Assembly (NCBI GenBank): GCA_965112735.1 | Contig: OZ218950.1 | Span: 992,001 to 1,056,000 of the forward strand | Length of the DNA stretch: 64,000 nt | Origin: Phaeosaccion multiseriatum | Taxonomy: Eukaryota > Protista > Ochrophyta, other classes | Direction of reading: 5' to 3' | Shown here: positions 56,950-64,000 of the stretch, piece after piece | Layout of the letters: each line of letters opens with the position of its first letter | Numbering within the stretch: the first letter of the stretch is position 1 | Notes under the pieces: generated by a model | Databases searched by the model: none | Told to the model about the DNA's origin: nothing | Seen by the model: the letters and a program-made list of their open reading frames with translations, nothing else | Translations under genes and position numbers: made by a program

Positions 56950-59900
56950 AGAGTGTGACGATGGAAGGATGGGCCCACATAATGTACATGGCCATGGACG
57001 CCTACAACCCCATCACCGCGGCCTTAATCTTCGTCATGCTCATCTTGTTAGGCAGCTTCGTCATGCTCAACCTCGTACTTGCCGTCATTACGGAGAGCAT
57101 CAACGACGCTGATGAAGCGGCAGAGAAGGAGGCCTTGGAGGAGGTGAGAAGCGGGAGGGGAGGGGGAGGGGGAGGGGAAGGGAGGGAGGGAGGGGAAGGG
57201 AGGGAGGGAGGGAGGGAGGGAGGGAGGGAGGGAGGGAGGGAGGGAGGGAGGGAGGGAGGGAGGGAGGGAGGGAGGGAGGGAGGGAGGGAGGGAGGGAGGG
57301 AAGGAGGGAGGGAGGGAGGGAGGGAGGGAGGGAGGGAGGGAGGGAAGGAGGGAGGGAGGGAGGGAGGGAGGGAGGGAGGGAGGGAGGGAGGGAGGGAGGG
57401 AGGGAGCGAGGAGAGCCCTTCTTCCCCGTCGGTGTTCTGCTGTGCTCGATGCTTGCGCCTGACACCAATTACTGAATCGCATTCCCTCCCTTCACGACAC
57501 AAATTACATAATTCGTGAGATGATTCCCGTATGTCAATACATACATATGTATATGGCCTCCCTTGGAAGCCAACTAACCTCTTGAACCACCAACACGCCC
57601 AACACAACGCCAACGTCATCGCTTACATGACCAATGAACACTCAAACACAGGCGACTCGGCAAGAGATGATCAATCAGGAAAGGGGTGCCATCAAGGAAG
57701 AGGTTCCTAACGTTGTGGTGGAGTCCGCCCTCTGGCGCAAGGCCGTACTGGCGCTGATCCACAGCACCTTCTGGCAGAACGTCATTATGGCCTTTATTCT
57801 TGCCAATACGGTGGTGCTGGCTATGGACAGGCATCCCATCACGGATGAGGAAGTGGGCAACTTGGAGGTACGTGGCAGTCGCCATTTGAGAGGAGGAGGA
57901 CTTTGGTTCTCAGTGACTTATGGTTGGAGTTGGTGGGTTATGTGCTGCCCAAAGGCGAATAGTTGGTGAGGTGGAGCCTATTGGTGGATGGGCAGTCAGG
58001 CGGGCAGGGTGGGTAAGCAGGCAAGCAGGGCAGGCGAGCAGGCACGCAGGCAGGCAGGCAGGCAGACAGGCCGACAGGCAGGCAGACAGGCAGGCAGGTA
58101 GCCAGGCAGGTAGGCAAGCAGGGAAGCAAGTAGGCAGGCAGGAAGGCATGAAAGCAAGTACGCAAGAAGCAGATGATGCAACCACCCTAAGAGGAGATGC
58201 ACCTTCCCCCTCTCCGTACTCACTCATTCACCTCCCTCCACGGAGCTCCGCAGAGCGAATTCTCATAAACTGAAACTCACACCCCTCCCTCCACTCATCT
58301 GTTCTCGCTTGCCCCCCCCTCCCCCCCCTCTGCGCTTGTCCATCCATCCACTGCCATCCTCTGCCATCCACTGCCATACCAACCGTACCCCCAAAGTACG
58401 CCAATTTGGTGTTCACCTTCGTGTTCGCCTTCGAGATGGTGCTGAATATCATTGCCTTAGGTATTCACGAGTACTTTGACGACCCCTTTAATAACTTTGA
58501 CGCCGTCATCGTCGCGTCCTCCCTCATTGAGCTTCTCTACGGCCTGGTGGTGGACAACAAAGACTCGGGCAGCGGCGGTATCAGCGCCCTTCGCACCTTT
58601 CGACTCTTCCGCGTGTTTAAGCTTGCCAAGAATTGGAAGAACTTGCAGAACCTGCTCGAGGCGATGCAGCGGACCGTTCTTCAGGTATGGGGTGGGGTGT
58701 GTGTGTGTGTGTGGGTGTGTGTGGGTGTGTGGGTGGGTGTGTGTTGTGTGTGTGTGGGGGGGGGGTGGGTGGGTGTGTGTGTGTGTGGGTGGGTGTGGGT
58801 GTGTGTGTGTGTGCGTGTGTGCGTGTGTGTGGGTGTGTGTGGGTGCGTGTGTGTGTGCGTGTGTGCGTGCGTATGTGTATGTGTGTGTGAGTGTGTGTGT
58901 ATGTGTGTGTGTGTGTGGGTGTGTATGTGTGTGTATGTGTGTGTGTGGGTGGGTGTATGTGTGTGTGTGGGTAGGTGTGCGTGGGTAGGTGTGTGTGTGT
59001 GGGTGGGTGTGTGGGTGGGTGTGTGGGTGTGGGTGTGTGTGCGCGTGTGTGCGTGCGTGTGTGTATGTGTGAGTGAGTGTGTGTGTGTGGGTGGGTGTAG
59101 GGTAGGGAGTGTAGGGTGGAGATGCAAGTGTGCGAAGTTTGAAAAGACTGGGGGGGGGGGGGGGGAGGCGTCGCACCTACTACCTCGCTCTGGGATTCTT
59201 CTTACTTGCTGCCCTTGCCTCTACTCCTCTTTCTTACCTCCTCAAGCTTGATTTTTCGAAGCTGACGCGGACCTGTCTCCGACCGTTCCGTCCCTTGTGT
59301 GCTTGTGACAGGTGGGCAACTTTGCGGTGCTGCTGTGCCTCTTCATCTTCATCTACTCCCTGGTGGGCATGCAGTTCTTCTCCAATCGCCTGCACTTCGA
59401 TGCGGAGACAGGGGCCCCCATCGGCATCGACTCCGACAACTATGACGACGCGGAGGTAAGTACGTGTGTGTGTGTGTGGGTGCGTATGTGTGTGGGTGCG
59501 TGTGTGTGTGAGTGTGTGTGTTCTGTGTGTGTGTGCCGTTCTCTCTCTAATCTCTCAACCCTCATCTCTCCCCTCTCATCTCTCCCTCTGCCTCTCCCTC
59601 CCTTCCTCCTTCCCCTACCCCTTTCCCTCCCTCCCTCCCTCCCTCCCACCCTCCCTCCCTCCCTCCCTCCCTCCCTCCCTCCCTCCCTCCCTCCCTCCCT
59701 CCCTCCCTCCCTCCCTCCCTCCCTCCCTCCCTCCCTCCCTCCCTCCCTCCCTCCCTCCCTCCCTCCCTCCCTCCCTCTCTCCCTCCCTCCCTCCCTCCCT
59801 CCTTCCCCCTCCCTCCCTCCCTCCCTCCCTCCCTCCCTCCCTCCCTCCCTCCCTCCCTCCCTCCCTCCCTCCCTCCCTCCCTCCCTCCCTCCCTCCCTCC

Positions 59901-62900
59901 CTCCCTCCCTCCCTCCCTCCCTCCCTCCCTCCCTCCCTCCCTCCCTCCCTCCCTCCCTCCCTCCCTCCCTCTCACCCTCCCTCTCTCCCTCCCTCCCTCC
60001 CTCCCTCCCTCTCTTCCTCCCTCCCTCCCTCCCTCCCTCTCTCCCTCCCTCCCTCCCTCCCTCCTTCCCCCTCCCTCCCTCCCTCCCCTGCAGGTCCCCC
60101 GTAGCAACTTCGACACGTTCGTATGGGCGATGGTTTCCGTGTTCCAGGTGCTCACAGGGGAAGATTGGAATCAGGTCATGTACGACTGCTGGCGGGCCAC
60201 GAGGTGAGTTGCAGTTTCAGTTGGAAGCGCTGGGTTGAATATGAGTTGCGAAGACTTGTTTGACTTTGAGATGAAAGTCCCGCCCCTAGTTTCAATGTAC
60301 GAAAGCGCTTGAGTGTGGGCGTTCACATACATGTCTTACGCCTTCCTCCCTCCCTCCCTCCCTCCTTCCCTCCCTTCCTCCCTCCCTCCCTCCCTCCCTC
60401 CCTCCCTCCCTCCCTCCCTCCCTCCCTCCCTCCCTCCCTCCCTCCCTCCCTCCCTCCCTCCCTCTCTCCCTCCCTGCCTCCCTCCCTCCCTCCCTCCCTC
60501 TCTCCCTCCCTGCCTCCCTCCCTGCCTCCCTCCCTCTCCCCCTCTCTCCCTCCCTCCCTCCCTCCGTCCGTCCGTCCCTCTGCCATGTGAATCTTGCTGC
60601 ACCTCCACTCCAACGCCCCCTGCCGCCCTGTCGCGCCCACGGCCATCCATTGCCATCCATTGCCATCCATTGCCATCCATTTCCATCCATTGCCATCCAC
60701 CGCCATCCCATCTCAGCTGGATAGCCCCCTTGTACTTCCTCTCGTTGGTGATCCTCGGCGGTTTCATTGTGATGAACATCTTCCTCGCCATCTTGCTGTC
60801 CAACTTTGAGGGCAATGACGAGCTGTTTGCCGGCAAGGACGAGAAGAAGGACACGAAGATCAGCAAAGTTGGAGATGCGATTAGGTGAGGGAGGGAGGGA
60901 GGGAGGGAGGGAGTGAGTGAGTGGGTGAGTGGGTGAGTGAGTGAGTGAGTGAGTGAGTGAGTGAGTGAGTGAGTGAGTGAGTGAGTGAGTGAGTGAGTGA
61001 GTGAGTGAGTGAGTGAGTGAGTGAGTGAGTGAGTGAGTGAGTGAGTGAGTGAGTGAGTGAGGGAGACAGTGAGTGAGTGAGTGAGTGAGTGAGGGAGTGA
61101 GGGAGTGAGTGAGTGAGGGAGGGAGAGAGTGAGTGAGGGAGTGAGTGAAGGAATGAATGAGTGAGTGAGTGAGTAAGTGAGTGAGTGAGTGAGTGAGTGA
61201 GTGAGTGAGTGAGTGAGTGAGTGAGTAAGTGAGTGAGTGAATGAGTGAGTGATGGAGTGAGTGAGTGAGTGAGTGAGTGAGTGAGTGAGTGAGTGAGTGA
61301 GTGAGTGAGTGAGTGAGTGAGTGAGTGAGTGAGTGAGTGAGTGAGTGAGTGAGTGAGTGAGTGAGTGAGTGAGTGAGTGAGTGAGTGAGGGAGTGAGTGA
61401 GTGAGTGAGGGAGGGAGTGAGGGAGGGAGTGAGTGAGTGAGTGAGTGAGTGAGTGAGTGAGTGAGTGAATGAGGGAGAGAGGGAGGGAGTGATGGAGTGG
61501 GTGGGTGAGTGAGCGAGTGAGGAGAAGAGGGCGGGAGAGGTGAGGCCAGAGAGAGAGAGAGAGGAGGGGGGTTGGATGCGAGCCGTCTCAACTCAATCTC
61601 GTCCATCAGTGGCCCCTTGACTGTCGGCATGCATCAATCAAGCCGCTTTCACTCCACCCACGCACCCACCCACCCACGCACCCACCCACCAACAAACCTC
61701 CACTCACTCGTCTGTCTCGTCCATTCCCCTTTGGACGTCCCCCTCCCCCTCCCCCTGTGCCGTGACGACTGTGTGTGTGTGTGTGTGTGAAGGTTCATGA
61801 ATCGAATGAAGCAGTTCAGAGTATCTGCCAAGTCTGCGAGGATCGCAGTGGAGGGGGGGGCGGAAGATCACGCGACATCGGACTGCGGGGGAGGGGAAGA
61901 AGGAGAAGAAGAAGGAGGAGGAGGGGGGGGGGGGGAGGGTGGTGGGCATGAGAAGACTGAGAAGAAGCGAAAGAAGGTTGGCGGTTACCTACGGCTCGGG
62001 AGCAGCCAGATCAGCGGCATGGGGGAAGACGACGCAAAAGGAGGAGGAAGAGGGGTGGGAGGAGGGACTGCAGCACAAGAGCCGCGGCAGGAGGTTGTAC
62101 TAGCAGCAGCAGTTGGTGATACAGGAGAAGCAGTAGCAGCAGCAGCAGCAGCAGCGGCAGGGGTCACGAAGGTTGGGGTGGGGGGAGTGGAGGGCATTGC
62201 CCAACCGCTTAATATCCTTACTCCACAAGGCTCGGACAGGCTAGCGATCGAACCAAATCCTGTAGCGGGCAGGGTGCCGGGTGGGAAGGGGGGGGGGGGG
62301 GGCGTATCACCAACAGGCGATGATGCTTCCGTGGAGCATTCGGTGGAAGGAAAGGATGTGGGGGGCTTGGAGCTCATGGGGAGGGACTTTGTGGCAGGAA
62401 CGCTTGAGCAGCAACTGACGCAGTGGAACATCAATGCTAAGGATGTCGAAGAGGAGGAGGAGGAGGAGGGGGGGTCGGAGGATGAGGAGTGGGAGGCTTC
62501 CTCGTCAAGAACTAAGGCCCCCAATAGCCACAACAGCTCCTTTAGTCGGTTAAGAGCAATCCCCGGCAAGATTATGGGCGGAGGAGGAGGGAAAGAGGAG
62601 AACGGGGGTGGTGGTGGTGGTGATGGTGATGGTGGTGGTGGTTTGGCAACGAATACCCCGCTGGGGGGCAGCAGCAGCAGCAGTCAGGGAGGTGAGAAGG
62701 GGAGCGAAAGAAAACACCACAGAACCATTAAAGAGACATTGGCAGCCCGGGGGGGGATACATCGCGTTGTACATCCCGAGCATGCCCTCAAGTCGGAGGG
62801 GGGGCAGGGGGGCGGGGCAGAAGATCACTACTGTAGGAACGGGGTAGACGGGTCGGCGACCGGGATGCTGCTGCCGAAGAATACGACGAAGCGACGGAGG

Positions 62901-63511
62901 GGGAGTGTGAAGGACTTCATGGTGAATGGCATTGCCGATGGGATTGAGGGAGGCATGCAGGTCACCAAGGATGCGATGAATATGTCGGTGAGTGGTGGGG
63001 GGAGGGAGGGAGGGAGGGGGGGGGGGAGGAAGAGAGGCTGGTTGGTTGGCTCGTTTCTGGGTTGGGTTTGTGGTTGGCTGCTTGATTGGCTCGTTCACTC
63101 GGTCGTTCGCTTCATCTCGCAGCAAAATCACCCGCTCACGCACGCACGCACGCCCTCGCCCCCCCCCCCCCCCCACACACACACACACACGCCCACACAT
63201 ACACACACATGCACACACACGCACACACACGCACACACACACTCACCCACACACACACGCGCACACCCACCCTCCACCACAGGCCCAAATGGGCAAGGCC
63301 TTGACAAAGGAAGTGAATGTTGCCGAAGCGGACGCCAAGTCCCTGTGGATGTTCCCCAGAGGAAACCACTTCCGTGTGTTCTGCCACACCCTAACCTCAC
63401 ACAAGCGGTTCGAGAACGCCATTCTGTACCTCATCATTATCTCTACGGTCATGTTGGCGGTGGACAATCCACTGCGCAACCCTGACTCCACGCAGGCGGA
63501 TGTTATATCAG
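52991..63511 (+). CDS. Four-domain voltage-gated cation channel alpha-1 subunit, Ca2+-channel-like (domains I, II and start of III); continues beyond window
   Basis: Exons 52991-53515, 54011-54282, 54673-54822, 55690-55872, 56486-56597, 56952-57143, ~57652-57867, ~58397-58685, 59312-59455, 60094-60203, 60717-60884, ~61793-62987, 63283-63511. S4 segments [13 protein letters not shown] and [14 protein letters not shown]. Pore loops FQSVTMEGW and [10 protein letters not shown]6 [11 protein letters not shown] and [16 protein letters not shown]1 [18 protein letters not shown]. Start codon uncertain. Confidence 0.93.
57150..57407. repeat. (GGGA)n microsatellite at intron 5' end
   Basis: Direct reading. 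Confidence 0.95.
58690..59100. repeat. (GT)n-rich degenerate microsatellite at intron 5' end
   Basis: Direct reading. Confidence 0.93.
59620..60088. repeat. (CCCT)n microsatellite ending at a 3' splice site
   Basis: Direct reading; followed by ctgcag|gtcccccgt. Confidence 0.96.
60885..61520. repeat. (GAGT)n microsatellite at intron 5' end
   Basis: Direct reading. Confidence 0.96.
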
Positions 63512-63574
63512 GTGAGGGGTGGAAGTAGGTATACGGGAAGGGGAGGGGAGGGGAGGGGAGGGAGTGGGGTTGGG

Positions 63575-63882
63575 TGGTATTAAGGGTAGGGTTTTGGTGT
63601 TAAGGGTAGGGTATTGGTGTTAGCGGGAGGGTATTGGTGTTAACGGTAGGATGTTGGTGTTAAAGGTAGGGTTTTGGTGTTAAGGGTAGGGTATTGGTGT
63701 TAGCGGGAGGGTATTGGTGTTAACGGTAGGATGTTGGTGTTAAAGGTAGGGTTTTGGTGTTAAGGGTAGGGTATTGGTGTTAGCGGGAGGGTATTGGTGT
63801 TAACGGTAGGATGTTGGTGTTAAAGGTAGGGTATTGGTGTTAAAGGTAGGGTATTGGTGTTAACGGTAGGGTATTGGTGTTA
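63575..63882. repeat. 20-bp minisatellite (taagggtagggtattggtgt) with an 80-bp higher-order period
   Basis: About 15 monomers; four variant monomers recur in the same order three times (63601-63840). Confidence 0.95.
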
Positions 63883-64000
63883 AAAAAAAGGGGTAAAAAC
63901 TTGGTGTCAACGGACGGTAGGGCATTGGCTTTGGCGTCGGTCCGCAATGCTTCGGTCTCTCTGCCGGCACTGCAGGCACGTCAGCGGTACGCATGCTTGC

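Noticed and set aside
63575-63882. Telomere or chromosome end
   Set aside because: A 20-bp unit rather than a simple TTAGGG/TTTAGGG run, located inside a channel-gene intron with unique sequence after it.

Overview
Eukaryotic, intron-rich, GC-rich genomic DNA with microsatellite-filled introns. An ochrophyte/stramenopile alga is likely, inferred from the brown-algal-type LRR N-cap and gene content and not proven. Most ORF-track entries are repeat artefacts, so the gene models here were rebuilt by hand from GT..AG splice sites. The first 20 kb hold two near-identical copies (offset ~13.97 kb) of a cytosolic LRR - helical/coiled-coil - atypical protein kinase - RING1/Rcat (RBR-like E3) gene. 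Its LRRs are each encoded by one 72-nt phase-1 exon inside a ~180-bp exon+intron tandem cassette. Introns and LRR scaffold codons are nearly invariant, while the solvent-exposed xxLxLxx codons are hypervariable, and no full LRR exon is shared between the two copies in the visible part. This is a candidate diversifying innate-immune receptor system. A frameshifted coiled-coil pseudogene lies between the copies. Downstream are a secreted At4g14100-like protein (+), a large TerD/WD40/EF-hand gene (-), a head-to-head hypothetical gene (+), an ataxin-2/PBP1 homolog (-) and the 5' part of a four-domain voltage-gated Ca2+-type channel (+) that runs off the window. An 11-bp motif GTTGGTGATAC, usually embedded in CAG runs, recurs at least 13 times on both strands, in introns and in exons in different reading frames.
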